Positions 10,176-21,589 of a stretch of DNA of 64,000 bases are shown here, one piece after another. The stretch comes from Candidatus Planktophila sp. GTDB taxonomy: Bacteria; Actinomycetota; Actinomycetes; Nanopelagicales; Nanopelagicaceae. The translations under genes were made by a program, and so were the position numbers. Location: NCBI GenBank assembly GCA_038905755.1, contig JBCKHR010000001.1, positions 29,453-93,452 of the forward strand, written 5' to 3'. The notes beneath the pieces are model-generated. The model saw only the letters and a list, made by a program, of their open reading frames with translations. It searched no databases and was not told the DNA's origin. Position 1 is the stretch's first letter. Each line of letters begins with the position of its first letter.

Positions 10176-11237
10176 TTATGGCTTTGTTGGAACTACGATT
10201 TTGCCAGACTTGATTGCGGCAGCTGCCTTATCAATTGTGGCTTTGTACTTGGTGATGTATCCACCTGAGTAAGAAACACCAACACCATCGAGTGCCAAGT
10301 TATAGTGGCGTCCGTAAATACCAGCTTTGGCATCTAGTACGTCATTAACGCTGCTACCTGCTACTGCAGTTGCAATAACATCGTAAACAGCGCGGTCTAC
10401 GCGCTTGAGCATTGATGTGAGCATGTTCTTCTTCTCAGCAGCTGATGCTGAAAGATATTGATCGGAGTCAACACCGATTGTCCATACCTTCTTGCCTGCT
10501 GCTGCAGCTTCGGTTGCAGCTGCGAAGTTACCCGCACCTGAACCACCTGCTGCTGAGTAGATAACATCGACCTTCTTGTCAATCATGCCTTTAGCAATAA
10601 CTTTTGCTTTAGCAGGATCATTGAAACCAGAGAAGTCAGGGAACTCTGTAACGTACTTGACGTTAACAGTTGCCTTCTTATTTGTTGCTTTAACTCCAGC
10701 AACGAAACCTGCTTCAAACTTCTGAAGCAATGGAATGCGAACTCCGCCGATGTAGCCGATCTTGCCTGACTTGGAAGCAAGGGCTGCTGCAACTCCAGCA
10801 AGGTATGAACCTTGTTCTTCAGCAAATACGAGTGAAGCTACGTTGAGCAAATCAACGGAGGCATCATCAACGATTCCGAATTGAACATTTGGATAATCCG
10901 CTGCAACCTTCTTCAAAGGTCCACCATAAAGCCAACCGACTGCAATAATTGGGTTGTAACCAGCTGATGCAAGTAGACGAAGTTTTGCTTCGCGCTCTGA
11001 ATCTGAACCAGTTCCAACAGTTACTTCCTTGGCGGCAACGCCAAATTTCTTCTTTGCTGCATCAAGACCAGCTGCTGCTGAGTCATTGAAAGATTTATCT
11101 CCCCGTCCACCGATGTCATAGGCAAGACCAACTTTTATTTTTGTATGTTTTACGGCCGTTGCTGATGGAGCAACAAAAAGAGTTGCTACAAGAGTTGCTG
11201 CAGCCGCAACTGCTACTAGACGAAATATCTTCTTCAA
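10176..11237 (-). CDS. BMP-family nucleoside-binding protein
   Basis: Signal peptide; GGRGDKSFND, FAEEQGSYLAG, IGVDSDQ and SMLKRVD motifs. Confidence 0.92.
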   Translation of the reverse strand: MKKIFRLVAVAAAATLVATLFVAPSATAVKHTKIKVGLAYDIGGRGDKSFNDSAAAGLDAAKKKFGVAAKEVTVGTGSDSEREAKLRLLASAGYNPIIAVGWLYGGPLKKVAADYPNVQFGIVDDASVDLLNVASLVFAEEQGSYLAGVAAALASKSGKIGYIGGVRIPLLQKFEAGFVAGVKATNKKATVNVKYVTEFPDFSGFNDPAKAKVIAKGMIDKKVDVIYSAAGGSGAGNFAAATEAAAAGKKVWTIGVDSDQYLSASAAEKKNMLTSMLKRVDRAVYDVIATAVAGSSVNDVLDAKAGIYGRHYNLALDGVGVSYSGGYITKYKATIDKAAAAIKSGKIVVPTKP

Positions 11238-11349
11238 TTTTCCTCCCAGGGGTCTTTTATAAGTACTCGAATGTGCAGTTATAAAAGGTTGATGTGTAAT
11301 CGCCAGCCTAGTAGTTGAGCCTGTATAAACTCAATAAAGAGCGCGCGAA

Positions 11350-11375
11350 AAAACGTTGCAAGGTTGTAACGTTTT
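11350..11375. promoter_or_regulatory. 26-bp near-perfect palindrome (operator or trpS terminator)
   Basis: AAAACGTTGCAA-GG-TTGTAACGTTTT with one mismatch, upstream of a TAGGCT(-) box at 11305-11310. Confidence 0.5.
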
Positions 11376-11422
11376 GGAAAACACTCAACTACAAGTTGAT
11401 AGTTGGGCTTTAAGCAAAGTGA

Positions 11423-12436
11423 TTAACTCACTACACCTAAGTTGTTATAAGCCTGCATTAGCGTCTTTGAAGCCACTTCTCGCGCTTTTTCAGCTCCACT
11501 GTGGAGAAGTTGGAGGAGGTGGGCCTCATCGTTGAGTAAATCGAGGGCTTTGGCGCGGATTGGACGCAAATATTCAACTACCACCTGCGCCACTGCCGCT
11601 TTGAATTCTCCGTACCCCTTACCTTCGAACTCGCTCTCCAGTTCGACAATCGATTTCATGGAAAGGGCCGAGTGGATTGTGAGCAAATTACTTATGCCCG
11701 CTTTGCCTTTCTCATCAAATCTCACTTCACGTCCAGCATCGGTCATAGCGCTCTTTATTTTCTTTGCATTTGCATCTGGGGTATCCATAATTTCAATAAC
11801 GCCTGCGCCAGGCCCGGAAGACTTACTCATCTTGACAGTTGGGTCTTGCAAATCTTGAATCTTTGCAGCTGCCTTAAGAATATAGGCCTGCGGCAATTGG
11901 AAAGTCTCGCCATAACGCGAATTAAATCTTTGCGCTAAGTCACGAGTCAGTTCAATATGTTGACGTTGATCTTCACCAACTGGAACTAAATCCGTTTGGT
12001 ATAACAAGATGTCGGCGGCTTGCAACATTGGGTATGTAAATAAACCAACAACAGTACGGTCGGTACCTGATTTGGAAGACTTTTCTTTGAATTGCACCAT
12101 GCGACTTGCTTCACCAAAGCCTGCCATGCACTCCATTAGCCAACCTAATTGATTGTGTTGTGGAACTTGCGATTGCACAAAGAGCGTTGATTTCTCTGGC
12201 GAAATACCAAGAGCTAACAGTTGCGCAGCAGCTGCCAAAGTGCGGCGGCGTAATTGTGCAGGTTCGGTTTCAACAGTTAGCGCATGTAAATCTACGATGC
12301 AATAAAAAGCATCGTGTCCTTCTTGTAGTTCAACCCATTGCTTTACTGCACCTAAATAATTTCCAAGGTGGAATGAGTCACTAGTCGGTTGAATACCTGA
12401 GAGCACGCGCTTAACGGACATGGCCGATTCTTTCAT
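11423..12436 (-). CDS. trpS: Tryptophan--tRNA ligase; start may be ATG 12421
   Basis: [30 protein letters not shown] and KMSKS motifs. Confidence 0.97.
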   Translation of the reverse strand: MKESAMSVKRVLSGIQPTSDSFHLGNYLGAVKQWVELQEGHDAFYCIVDLHALTVETEPAQLRRRTLAAAAQLLALGISPEKSTLFVQSQVPQHNQLGWLMECMAGFGEASRMVQFKEKSSKSGTDRTVVGLFTYPMLQAADILLYQTDLVPVGEDQRQHIELTRDLAQRFNSRYGETFQLPQAYILKAAAKIQDLQDPTVKMSKSSGPGAGVIEIMDTPDANAKKIKSAMTDAGREVRFDEKGKAGISNLLTIHSALSMKSIVELESEFEGKGYGEFKAAVAQVVVEYLRPIRAKALDLLNDEAHLLQLLHSGAEKAREVASKTLMQAYNNLGVVS

Positions 12437-12455
12437 GAGTTAGTTCTTTCATGAG

Positions 12456-13751
12456 TTAGGCCGAGCGCGAGATTAATAAGGTTCCTGCGCGTTTACCTTC
12501 CATGGATAGGACTGTAATTCGGACGCCATTAACGCTAACTACATCGTGGGCTTTAGGAATTCGCCCTAGAAAATGCATGACAAAGCCACTCGCGGTTTCG
12601 TAAGGACCTGCTGGAAGTTCAATCCCAGATTGATCCAAGAGGTCCTCGATAGAGATCAGCCCATCTACTTCGAAATCCCCCGTTCGCGTTTGCGCCGATA
12701 AGTCGAGTTCATCGCTGTCATATTCATCGCGAATATCACCAATTAAGCATTCAACTAAATCCTCAAGGGTCACAATTCCATCCGTGCCACCATACTCATC
12801 GAGAACAATGGCAAGATGTTGGCGTTGGTTACGCATTTCAGTTAGGGCGGGCAAGATGCCCTTTGTCCCTGGCAAAAACATAATGTTGCGAACTAACTCT
12901 TCAATTTTGACGCTCCCGTTGGCTCGAGTCGGGTCGAGCAAATCACGAACGTGAATGAAACCAACAACTTCATCGGTAGATCCACGAACAACTGGATAAC
13001 GCGAATGCGCTTTATTAACTGCGAGCGCAATTGCTTGACTTACCAAAAACGAAGCATCCATAAAATCAACTTCAGTACGCGGAACCATGACTTCATGAAC
13101 TTGTCGCTGTGACACGTTAAAAACTTCTTCGACGATATCGCGTTCGACCGCAGTCAGCGCTGCATGTCCTGCCACCAAATCAAGGAGTTCTTCTTCTGAC
13201 ATTTGACTGCGCGCTGCTTTTGGATCTACGCCAAACGCTCGAACAAGCACATTTGTTGAATGCGAAAGTAGCCAAATAATCGGGTAAAACAACTTGGCAA
13301 TAAAATCTATGATTGGGGCCGATGCCAGCGCAATCTCTTCGTTTCGAAATAGAGCTAAACGCTTTGGTACAAGTTCACCAAAAACCAAAGAGAAGTATGC
13401 AATTCCAAAGGTCACGCCAATGAGTGAGATAGTGACGGCCCACCCACGGGCGATACCTAAATCTTCAAGCCTTGGAGCGACATATCCTCCGAGCTTTTGA
13501 GCACCGATGGCAGCTGATAAGAAACCACTGACAGTCACGCCAACTTGTACTGTGGCAAGAAAGCGGTTTGGGTTTTGCGCTAGCGCTGCAACTCTGGCGC
13601 CACGCTTTGAGCGAGTTGCGAGTTGGCGAATCTGGCTCTCCCGGAGCGAGATGAGAGCAATTTCTGCGGCGACAAAGAATGAGGCGAGCAGAATGAGCCC
13701 TGCAACGATTGCGAGATCAGCGAGCAGAGATCCCAGCGAGTGTGGTTCCAT
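12456..13751 (-). CDS. Hemolysin-like/CNNM protein (DUF21 + CBS + CorC domains)
   Basis: FFVAAEIALIS, FGELVPK, VMVPRT and DEYGGTDGIVTLEDL motifs. Confidence 0.92.
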   Translation of the reverse strand: MEPHSLGSLLADLAIVAGLILLASFFVAAEIALISLRESQIRQLATRSKRGARVAALAQNPNRFLATVQVGVTVSGFLSAAIGAQKLGGYVAPRLEDLGIARGWAVTISLIGVTFGIAYFSLVFGELVPKRLALFRNEEIALASAPIIDFIAKLFYPIIWLLSHSTNVLVRAFGVDPKAARSQMSEEELLDLVAGHAALTAVERDIVEEVFNVSQRQVHEVMVPRTEVDFMDASFLVSQAIALAVNKAHSRYPVVRGSTDEVVGFIHVRDLLDPTRANGSVKIEELVRNIMFLPGTKGILPALTEMRNQRQHLAIVLDEYGGTDGIVTLEDLVECLIGDIRDEYDSDELDLSAQTRTGDFEVDGLISIEDLLDQSGIELPAGPYETASGFVMHFLGRIPKAHDVVSVNGVRITVLSMEGKRAGTLLISRSA

Positions 13752-13831
13752 TATGTGGGTAAGTATAGGACTTCCATTTGGGTGAGGAAGGGCGGTAACC
13801 TTCCATCACGCTCACCGGAACCCCGATGAGC

Positions 13832-13886
13832 GCCTTCATCCTCGGACCGTCGAGCACGTACCTGCTCGGAGAAGGAGATATTTCTC
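13832..13886 (+). ncRNA. msiK RNA motif (cis-regulatory leader)
   Basis: CCTTC...GGACCGTCGAGCACGTACCTGCTCGGAGAAGG directly upstream of an msiK-type gene, with a CGAGCA/TGCTCG hairpin. Fits the actinobacterial msiK motif from memory; no covariance model was run. Confidence 0.75.
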
Positions 13887-14969
13887 ATGGCATCAGTTGT
13901 ATTTGAAAACGCATCACGCACCTATCCAGGAACAACCACCCCTGCTGTCGATAAATTAAACCTCGCTGTAAATGATGGTGAGTTCTTAGTTCTCGTTGGA
14001 CCATCGGGTTGCGGAAAGTCAACATCACTTCGAATGTTGGCAGGGCTTGAAGAAATTGATACCGGTCGTATTTTAATTGGCGGTCGCGATGTAACAAATG
14101 TTGCGCCTAAAGATCGCGATATTGCAATGGTCTTCCAGTCATACGCGTTGTACCCACATATGACCGTGGCAGAAAATATGGGTTTCGCACTAAAAATTGC
14201 TGGAACTCCAAAAGAAGAACGTATCCGTCGCGTTTTGGACGCTGCAAAGTTGCTTGACCTCGAACCATATTTAGATCGCAAACCGAAATCACTCTCTGGT
14301 GGACAACGTCAGCGCGTTGCTATGGGTCGCGCGATTGTTCGCGAACCACAGGTATTCCTTATGGATGAACCTCTCTCAAACCTTGATGCGAAGTTGCGCG
14401 TTGCAACGCGTACCCAAATCGCGGCTCTGCAACGTCGTTTAGGCACCACAACAGTTTATGTAACTCACGATCAAGTTGAAGCTATGACAATGGGTGATCG
14501 CGTTGCAGTTCTTAAAGATGGCTTGCTCCAACAAGTTGATACACCGCGCCATCTTTATGAGAACCCAACAAATGCTTTCGTTGCAGGATTTATTGGTTCC
14601 CCTGCAATGAACTTATTTAACGCTCCAGTTAGCGGAGGAAAAGCAATGCTGGGCGACCTCGCAATCGATGTTCCAGCCCGTGTGGGTGCAAGCGTCACTG
14701 TTGGAATTCGACCAGAAAACTTCACTCCATCGACTACCGGATTCCATGTTCTTGTTGAAGTTGTTGAAGAACTCGGCGCAGATGCATTTGTTTATGGAAA
14801 ACCTGCTGATTCAACGGTCAGTTTCGCTAATGCATCAGATGAAAGCGCACAAGTAATTGTTCGTTGGGATCCAAAGAACCCACCTGCGCCCGGTCAAACA
14901 ATTACTGTTTCAGCAATTCCAAGTGTTGTACACCTCTTCAATGCAACGAATGGCGAACGCATAAAGTAA
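13887..14969 (+). CDS. msiK: Multiple-sugar ABC transporter ATPase (MsiK/MalK type)
   Basis: GPSGCGKST, LSGGQRQRVAMGR, MDEPLSNLDAKLR and GFIGSPAMN motifs. Confidence 0.9.
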   Translation: MASVVFENASRTYPGTTTPAVDKLNLAVNDGEFLVLVGPSGCGKSTSLRMLAGLEEIDTGRILIGGRDVTNVAPKDRDIAMVFQSYALYPHMTVAENMGFALKIAGTPKEERIRRVLDAAKLLDLEPYLDRKPKSLSGGQRQRVAMGRAIVREPQVFLMDEPLSNLDAKLRVATRTQIAALQRRLGTTTVYVTHDQVEAMTMGDRVAVLKDGLLQQVDTPRHLYENPTNAFVAGFIGSPAMNLFNAPVSGGKAMLGDLAIDVPARVGASVTVGIRPENFTPSTTGFHVLVEVVEELGADAFVYGKPADSTVSFANASDESAQVIVRWDPKNPPAPGQTITVSAIPSVVHLFNATNGERIK

Positions 14970-14989
14970 TTCTTAGGGAGAAAAGTAAA

Positions 14990-16201
14990 ATTTCAAAGTT
15001 TGAGAGTGAGTTTCTTACCGAGCAGGCGCGCTCATTGCTGGATTTTTCTGGCGGATCATTTAAAGAGGAGGGTGGTTTTGGCTACTTAAATACTTATGGC
15101 CAAATTGACGAGAGCAAACCGCGAGAAGTCTATGTTCAATGTCGCATGGTTCAAGTTTTTGGTTTGGGACACTTAGCCGGACTCATTGACGGTAAGAAAT
15201 ATGTCGATGCTGGAGTCGCCGCGATTCTTGAACTTTTTCACGACAAGAGATCGGGTGGTTTCTATAACGCCATAAATAGTGAAGGCGAAGCGATTAGCTC
15301 AGAAAAACTGGCATACGATCAAGTTTTCGTGCTGCTCGCCGCGTGCACTGCAAAAATAGTCGGCAGCCCAAGAGCCGATGAATTAATTGCTGCAATTGAC
15401 GAAACCATTGAAAAGTATTTCTGGGATGAGGAGTATGGATTTCTAAGAAATTCATGGGATAACAACTTCCAGAAGTTAGATACCTATCGCGGTATTAATG
15501 CCAATATGCATGCAGTGGAAGCATTTACCGCAGCTTTCGACGTAACTGGCGAGAAGAAATACCGTGATCGCGCCTACCGAATCGCTAAGGGCGCAATTGA
15601 TGGATTAGCTCGAAGTAACAACTGGTTTTTGCCCGAACATTTTAACGAGAAATGGGAGCAAGTCAGAGATTTCAATATAGCCAATCCAGCTGATCCCTTT
15701 AGACCTTATGGAGTCACCATCGGCCATCTCTTTGAATGGTCACGTTTAATTCTTCATAGTAAAGTGCAAATGGTTGGAACTGGCGAAGATTTAAGTTGGA
15801 TAGATAGCGCTGCGATTTCCCTCTACCAAGTTGGCCGTGAATTCGGCTGGGCGGTAGATGGTAGCCCAGGTTTTGTTTACACAATTGACTGGTCCGGAAA
15901 ACCGATAGTTACCTCCAGAATGTATTGGGTTGCCGCTGAAGCACTCATGTCGGCGCACGCTCTTTATCTGCAAACCGGCGCTGAAACTTACCGGCAGGAT
16001 TATCACAATTGGTGGGAGTACGTAGATTCAAAGGTCATCGATAAAGTAAATGGTTCATGGTTTCACGAACTAAATCCAGCACAAGAAGTGGTTGAGCACA
16101 CTTGGGCGGGGAAACCAGATACTTACCACGCATTTAACGCTTGCTTACTTCCCCTTTATCCTTTTAACTCAAGTTTTATTAAAACCGTCATGGCGGGCTA
16201 A
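14990..16201 (+). CDS. AGE-family sugar epimerase/isomerase (YihS-like); start uncertain (ATT 14990 or TTG 14864)
   Basis: [28 protein letters not shown] and GKPDTYH motifs. Confidence 0.88.
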   Translation: MSKFESEFLTEQARSLLDFSGGSFKEEGGFGYLNTYGQIDESKPREVYVQCRMVQVFGLGHLAGLIDGKKYVDAGVAAILELFHDKRSGGFYNAINSEGEAISSEKLAYDQVFVLLAACTAKIVGSPRADELIAAIDETIEKYFWDEEYGFLRNSWDNNFQKLDTYRGINANMHAVEAFTAAFDVTGEKKYRDRAYRIAKGAIDGLARSNNWFLPEHFNEKWEQVRDFNIANPADPFRPYGVTIGHLFEWSRLILHSKVQMVGTGEDLSWIDSAAISLYQVGREFGWAVDGSPGFVYTIDWSGKPIVTSRMYWVAAEALMSAHALYLQTGAETYRQDYHNWWEYVDSKVIDKVNGSWFHELNPAQEVVEHTWAGKPDTYHAFNACLLPLYPFNSSFIKTVMAG

Positions 16202-17412
16202 GCCATCACCGATTTCAAGTTCTCATCGATTGCGGCCAAGAACTCTTGGGTGTTCTGCCAAGGAGCATCGGGTCCGACTAGAAGAGCTAAATCCTTCGTC
16301 ATTTTCCCTGACTCCACGGTGGCAATGCAGACCGCTTCGAGAGTTGCACAGAACTGCGCAAGTGATGGATTGTTATCAAGTTTTGCGCGATGCGCAAGGC
16401 CGCGAGTCCAAGCAAAGATTGAAGCAATTGGGTTTGTTGATGTGGCTTTTCCAGCTTGGTGATCGCGGTAGTGACGAGTAACAGTTCCGTGAGCCGCTTC
16501 TGACTCAACAATCTTTCCATCTGGCGTCATCAAAACCGAAGTCATCAAACCGAGTGAACCATAACCTTGCGCGATGGTATCTGACTGAACATCACCATCG
16601 TAATTCTTGCAAGCCCAGACATATCCGCCTTCCCAACGTAGCGAAGTTGCCACCATGTCATCGATTAAACGGTGTTCATATTCAATTCCAGCAGCAATAA
16701 AGTCGGCCTTAAACTCGGCTTCATAAACTTCGGCGAAGATATCTTTAAAGCGCCCATCGTATGCTTTAAGAATTGTGTTCTTGGTCGATAGGAATACTGG
16801 GTACTTGCGATTGAGTCCGTAATTCATAGATGCGCGGGCGAAATCGCGAATCGAATCATCGAGGTTATACATCGCCATAGCAACCCCTGCTGATGGAAAA
16901 TCAAAGACATTGAACTCCATTGGTTTCGAACCATCTTCTGGCGTGAAAGTTATAGTTAACTTTCCTGGACCTGGAACTTTGAAATCTGTCGCGCGATATT
17001 GATCGCCAAAAGCGTGACGACCTATGACAATTGGTTTTGTCCAGTGCGGAACCAATCGTGGAACATTGCTAATAATGATTGGTTCGCGGAAAATAACTCC
17101 ACCTAAAATATTACGGACAGTTCCGTTAGGTGATTTCCACATTTGCTTTAAATTAAATTCTTTTACGCGCGCTTCATCTGGCGTGATAGTCGCACATTTT
17201 ATTCCGACTCCATGTTTTTGAATAGCGTGAGCTGAGTCGATAGTGACTTGATCATTAGTGGCATCGCGGGCTTCGATACCCAAGTCGTAGTACTCAAGGT
17301 TTACGTCGAGGTAAGGCAAAATCAGTGAGTCTTTAATAAATGCCCAAATAATGCGGGTCATTTCATCGCCATCTAGCTCAACTACCGTGCCTTCTACTTT
17401 GATTTTATTCAT
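16198..17412 (-). CDS. icd: NADP-dependent isocitrate dehydrogenase
   Basis: [35 protein letters not shown] and EAAHGTV motifs. Confidence 0.97.
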   Translation of the reverse strand: MNKIKVEGTVVELDGDEMTRIIWAFIKDSLILPYLDVNLEYYDLGIEARDATNDQVTIDSAHAIQKHGVGIKCATITPDEARVKEFNLKQMWKSPNGTVRNILGGVIFREPIIISNVPRLVPHWTKPIVIGRHAFGDQYRATDFKVPGPGKLTITFTPEDGSKPMEFNVFDFPSAGVAMAMYNLDDSIRDFARASMNYGLNRKYPVFLSTKNTILKAYDGRFKDIFAEVYEAEFKADFIAAGIEYEHRLIDDMVATSLRWEGGYVWACKNYDGDVQSDTIAQGYGSLGLMTSVLMTPDGKIVESEAAHGTVTRHYRDHQAGKATSTNPIASIFAWTRGLAHRAKLDNNPSLAQFCATLEAVCIATVESGKMTKDLALLVGPDAPWQNTQEFLAAIDENLKSVMA

Positions 17413-17426
17413 CTTTTTGCTCTCCC

Positions 17427-18377
17427 CTACATCCCTTGAACGTCTGCTTGTTTTGCACGAACTGCAACGGCAGCAACCTTAAGCGCACTAAGTTCCGAAT
17501 CGGTCAGAGCGCTTTCAATAACTTTCTTAATTCCGGTGCGACCAATTTGCGCTTCAACGCCAAGGTAGACACCAGATATGCCGTATTCACCATCTACCCA
17601 AGCGCAGACTGGCATGACCGCGCCCGAATCTTCAATAACTGCTTTCGCCATTCGTGCAGCTGCAGCTGATGGTGCGTAATAAGCCGAACCAGTTTTTAGG
17701 AGGGCAACAATTTCTGCGCCGCCATTACGAGTGCGATCAACTAATTCATTAATTTCACTCTGTGAAAGTTTTTCACTCAACGGTATTCCATCCACTGTGC
17801 AACGACTTGGAACCGGAACCATCGTGTCACCGTGAGAACCAAGTGTGAGCGTTGTTACAGAAGAAACTGCACAACCAAGTTTTTCAGCAACGAAATGTGT
17901 GAATCGTGCAGTATCAAGCATTCCAGCTTGACCCATCACGCGATGTTTTGGAAAACCTGTTGCGATTTGAGCAAGCGCTGTCATTTCATCTAGCGGATTT
18001 GAAACAACGATGATGACTGCGTTGGGCGAATGTTTTGCAATATTTTCTGCAACACCGCGAACGATGCCAGCATTTACGTCGAGTAGATCCATACGACTCA
18101 TACCCGGCTTGCGCGGAAGACCTGCCGTAATGATGACAACATCTGAATTCGCGGTCACTTCATATCCCGCGCCAGCCGCGGTTGTGGTTGCACCAATTAC
18201 TTTCGTTTCAAAACCCTCGATGGATCGTGATTGGTTAATATCTAAAGCCAAACCTTCTGACTTGCCTTCGAGGATATCTGTTAAAACAACGGTGTCAAAA
18301 ACGTTGTACTGCGCCAAACGAAGGGCTGTTGTTGAACCATAAAAACCTGCACCTACTACTGTGACTTTGCCGTTCAT
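17427..18377 (-). CDS. mdh: Malate dehydrogenase (LDH-like)
   Basis: [28 protein letters not shown] and GSAYYAP motifs. Confidence 0.95.
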   Translation of the reverse strand: MNGKVTVVGAGFYGSTTALRLAQYNVFDTVVLTDILEGKSEGLALDINQSRSIEGFETKVIGATTTAAGAGYEVTANSDVVIITAGLPRKPGMSRMDLLDVNAGIVRGVAENIAKHSPNAVIIVVSNPLDEMTALAQIATGFPKHRVMGQAGMLDTARFTHFVAEKLGCAVSSVTTLTLGSHGDTMVPVPSRCTVDGIPLSEKLSQSEINELVDRTRNGGAEIVALLKTGSAYYAPSAAAARMAKAVIEDSGAVMPVCAWVDGEYGISGVYLGVEAQIGRTGIKKVIESALTDSELSALKVAAVAVRAKQADVQGM

Positions 18378-18414
18378 CGCGAACTCTTCTTTCTCTACTC
18401 GCTAGATCTCTCGA

Positions 18415-18432
18415 TACCTTGACGTCAAGATA
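18415..18432. promoter_or_regulatory. Palindromic operator candidate upstream of mdh-icd
   Basis: TACCTTGACGTCAAGATA: perfect 12-bp core CTTGACGTCAAG, 18 bp with one mismatched pair. Confidence 0.6.
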
Positions 18433-18435
18433 ATT

Positions 18436-18666
18436 CTACCGCCCGCGGGGGAGCGCAATTGCCAGCGCAAAAAGGGCAACTGCTAGCGCCATTGGAAGGT
18501 AGAAATCGATTCTTCGCGCGCTATGGCGCCATTGATAGGCGGTACCGGCAGTTGCCAAAGCTAGCGCAAGTGAGGCAAAACGCACTGCACCAAAGACTCC
18601 AGCTAGAACGCCAAGGAAGGCCAAAGCCGCGCTCGCCACTCTTAAAGTTTTCTCGCTTATTCGCAT
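18436..18666 (-). CDS. Small membrane protein
   Basis: 76 aa with about three hydrophobic segments; start overlaps the folD stop. Confidence 0.7.
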   Translation of the reverse strand: MRISEKTLRVASAALAFLGVLAGVFGAVRFASLALALATAGTAYQWRHSARRIDFYLPMALAVALFALAIALPRGR

Positions 18667-19496
18667 GCATCCACCACATTACTTAGCAACATCGCCCGAG
18701 TCATTGGTCCAACTCCCCCAGGCATGGGCGCCACAAAAGATGCAACGCCCATAACATCTGGGGCAACATCTCCAAGTAGGCCTGCTGGGGTACGAGAGAT
18801 TCCAACATCGATCACTACGGCGCCAGATTTAATCATCTCGGCTTTTAAGAAGTGCGCTTGTCCAATGGCTGCCACAACGATATCTGCGGTCTTTGTATGT
18901 TTAATTAAATCTTTAGTTCCGGTATGCGTCAAAGTTACAGTGGCATTTTCTTGCCTGCGCGTAAGTAATAATCCGAGCGGACGACCAACCGTTAAACCAC
19001 GTCCAATCACGGTAACTTCGGCACCCTGCAAATTAATTTTGTAATGGTTAAGAAGTGCCACGATTCCATGAGGTGTGCATGGAAGTGGAGCGTCATATCC
19101 GGCGACCAATCGCCCTAAATTCAGTGGGTGTAAACCATCTGCATCTTTGACTGGATCAATCGCTTCCAGAATCTTCTGAGTGTTTATTCCTTTTGGTAGC
19201 GGCAACTGCACGATGTAACCAGTGCATTCTTTTGAGTTATTTAAATCATTAATCGCCGCGAGAATATCGGCTTGACTGGCGCTCGCTGGCAAATCTACCC
19301 GGATTGAATTAATGCCAACTTCGCCGCAATCACGGTGCTTACCACCAACGTAAGAGTGAGAACCAGGATCATCGCCAACTAGCACAGTGCCAAGACCTGG
19401 AGTTCTACCCAGAGCTTTTAGCGCCAGAACGCGGGTAGCTAAATCAGATTTAATTATCGCCGCTAAGGCTTTTCCATCCAGAATTGTTGCGCTCAT
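18657..19496 (-). CDS. folD: Bifunctional methylenetetrahydrofolate dehydrogenase/cyclohydrolase
   Basis: Start refined to MSATILDGK; VQLPLP, KDADG, PCTP and PGGVGPMT motifs. Confidence 0.96.
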   Translation of the reverse strand: MSATILDGKALAAIIKSDLATRVLALKALGRTPGLGTVLVGDDPGSHSYVGGKHRDCGEVGINSIRVDLPASASQADILAAINDLNNSKECTGYIVQLPLPKGINTQKILEAIDPVKDADGLHPLNLGRLVAGYDAPLPCTPHGIVALLNHYKINLQGAEVTVIGRGLTVGRPLGLLLTRRQENATVTLTHTGTKDLIKHTKTADIVVAAIGQAHFLKAEMIKSGAVVIDVGISRTPAGLLGDVAPDVMGVASFVAPMPGGVGPMTRAMLLSNVVDACE

Positions 19497-19506
19497 AAGG
19501 GCAATC

Positions 19507-21042
19507 TTATCCGTGCGAGAAGTGTCTTGTGCCCGTGAAAAACATCGCAACTTGGCCCTTTTGGGCAGCTGCGATGATCTCTTCATCACGTACGCTTCCA
19601 CCTGGTTGGACTATGGCCACAACACCTGCGCTAATTAATATTTCAAGGGCATCAGCAAAAGGGAAAAAAGCGTCACTTGCTGCAACCGATCCATTAGCTC
19701 GGTTGCCCGCTCGATCGACTGCAAGTTTGACAGCATCAACTCGGTTCACTTGCCCCATGCCAATTCCGATCGATGCTCCATCTTTGCTCAGCAATATCGC
19801 ATTACTTTTTACTGCACGTACGCTACGCCAAGCAAATTCCAATTCGGCTAAAGTCTGCGACCCGACTGGTGAACCTGAAACTTGTTTCCAGTTAATTGCT
19901 AAATCACCGCTCGCGTTAAGTAAATCGCTTTCCTGTAACAATAAACCTCCCGAGACTGGGCGCATTTCAATCGATGAAATATGCGTATTATCACGCTGCA
20001 AAATCCGAATAGCAGGTTTCTTACTGAGGATTTCGACGGCGCCATGCGCATAACTTGGGGCTATGAGTACCTCGGTGAAAATTTCAGATAGCTGCGTTGC
20101 CATCTCAACACTTACTTCTCGATTAGCCGCAACTACACCTCCGAATGCTGATACCGGATCGCACTCGTGCGCGCTCTTATGTGCTTGCGCAATTGTTTCA
20201 CCTATTGCAATTCCGCATGGATTTGCATGTTTAATAATTGCCACACATGGTTGATGATGATCGAAGGCGCTTCTCCAAGCGGCATCAGCATCAGTGTAAT
20301 TATTAAAAGACATTTCTTTGCCGTGCAGTTGTTTCGCACCGACGATACCCGCAGGTCCGCCTGAGTAAATCGCCGAGCGTTGATGAGGATTTTCGCCATA
20401 TCGAAGTGAATCTTTTCGGTGCCAAATTCTTCCGAACCAGCGCGGTAGCTCTTTCTCTGAATCGAGCCACTGTGCAATTGTTAAATCGTATTCGGCAGTG
20501 GTGCGAAATACTTCTAGCGCAAATCCCTTACGTTGTTCTTCCGTAAAACCTCCTGCTTGCAGCCCCGCAATCAACTCATCGTATTGCGAAGTCTGGCAAA
20601 TGACCGCGACAGAGCCATAGTTTTTCGCAGCCCCGCGCAGCGCCGATGGCCCACCTATGTCGATTTGTTCGATGCATTCGGCAAAATCAGCACCTGATGT
20701 AATTGTTGCTTCAAATGGATACAAGTTAATCACTACTAAATCGAAAGGTTGGATATCTAAAGCCGCAATTGCAGCGAGATGTTCCGGGTTACCTTGGTCA
20801 GCCAAAATTCCGGAGTGGATTCGAGGATGAAGTGTTTTGACTCGACCTCCCATAATTTCAGGAAAATCCGTGTACTTGCTGACCTCTGTAACGCCAATTC
20901 CAGCTTCCGCTAAACTCTTAGCAGTAGATCCTGTCGATAAGATTTCAACACCGGCATCGGCTAAGGCTTTTCCGATCTCCAGTAGCCGACTCTTGTCATA
21001 CACGCTAACCAGAGCCCTGCGGATTGGTTTGAGTTCAGACAT
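19507..21042 (-). CDS. purH: Bifunctional AICAR formyltransferase/IMP cyclohydrolase
   Basis: [40 protein letters not shown] and TGTRHF motifs. Confidence 0.97.
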   Translation of the reverse strand: MSELKPIRRALVSVYDKSRLLEIGKALADAGVEILSTGSTAKSLAEAGIGVTEVSKYTDFPEIMGGRVKTLHPRIHSGILADQGNPEHLAAIAALDIQPFDLVVINLYPFEATITSGADFAECIEQIDIGGPSALRGAAKNYGSVAVICQTSQYDELIAGLQAGGFTEEQRKGFALEVFRTTAEYDLTIAQWLDSEKELPRWFGRIWHRKDSLRYGENPHQRSAIYSGGPAGIVGAKQLHGKEMSFNNYTDADAAWRSAFDHHQPCVAIIKHANPCGIAIGETIAQAHKSAHECDPVSAFGGVVAANREVSVEMATQLSEIFTEVLIAPSYAHGAVEILSKKPAIRILQRDNTHISSIEMRPVSGGLLLQESDLLNASGDLAINWKQVSGSPVGSQTLAELEFAWRSVRAVKSNAILLSKDGASIGIGMGQVNRVDAVKLAVDRAGNRANGSVAASDAFFPFADALEILISAGVVAIVQPGGSVRDEEIIAAAQKGQVAMFFTGTRHFSHG

Positions 21043-21589
21043 GCGGTTCCATGTTGGCTAGTAGTTTCTTAATCGTATTTACTAATAACACTCGCTCAAC
21101 CTCTTTAATTCGCTCATGTAAAACCGCTTCAGTCTCTTGCGGTAAAACTTGTACTTCTACTTGATCGATTATCTCACCCGTATCAACGCCGGCGTCAACC
21201 CAATGAACGGTGGCGCCAGTGGTTTGGACTCCAGCAACAATGGCGTCTCTAATGGCATGCGCACCTGGAAAAAGTGGAAGGAGCGCTGGGTGGCTATTAA
21301 TCACTTTAAAATCTGCAACAAATTCAGGTGAGAGCACTCTCATAAAACCTGCACTGATAACTAGGTCGGGTTTCAGCTCGTGCACAATTGCAATTAATTT
21401 GCGATCCCAATCACTTCTAACTATTTCCATCGGCAAGAGGTGAACTTGAATTCCGCTGTGTTTGAATCGCTCCAGGAGAAAGGCGCTCGGTTGATCGCAA
21501 ATAAGTGCAACAACGTTTAGACCTGCCTCGATTATGGCTTGTGCAAGTGAACCTGTACCAGAAGCCAATATCACTAAACGTTGGTTCAT
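21035..21589 (-). CDS. purN: Phosphoribosylglycinamide formyltransferase
   Basis: Start refined to [11 protein letters not shown]; INSHPALLP and [14 protein letters not shown] motifs. Confidence 0.95.
   Translation of the reverse strand: MNQRLVILASGTGSLAQAIIEAGLNVVALICDQPSAFLLERFKHSGIQVHLLPMEIVRSDWDRKLIAIVHELKPDLVISAGFMRVLSPEFVADFKVINSHPALLPLFPGAHAIRDAIVAGVQTTGATVHWVDAGVDTGEIIDQVEVQVLPQETEAVLHERIKEVERVLLVNTIKKLLANMEPHV

Noticed and set aside
19497-19601. Long N-terminal extensions in the ORF track for folD (also purN, livH-like, livG-like and groES)
   Set aside because: They overlap upstream genes or precede the family-typical start, so the starts were trimmed.
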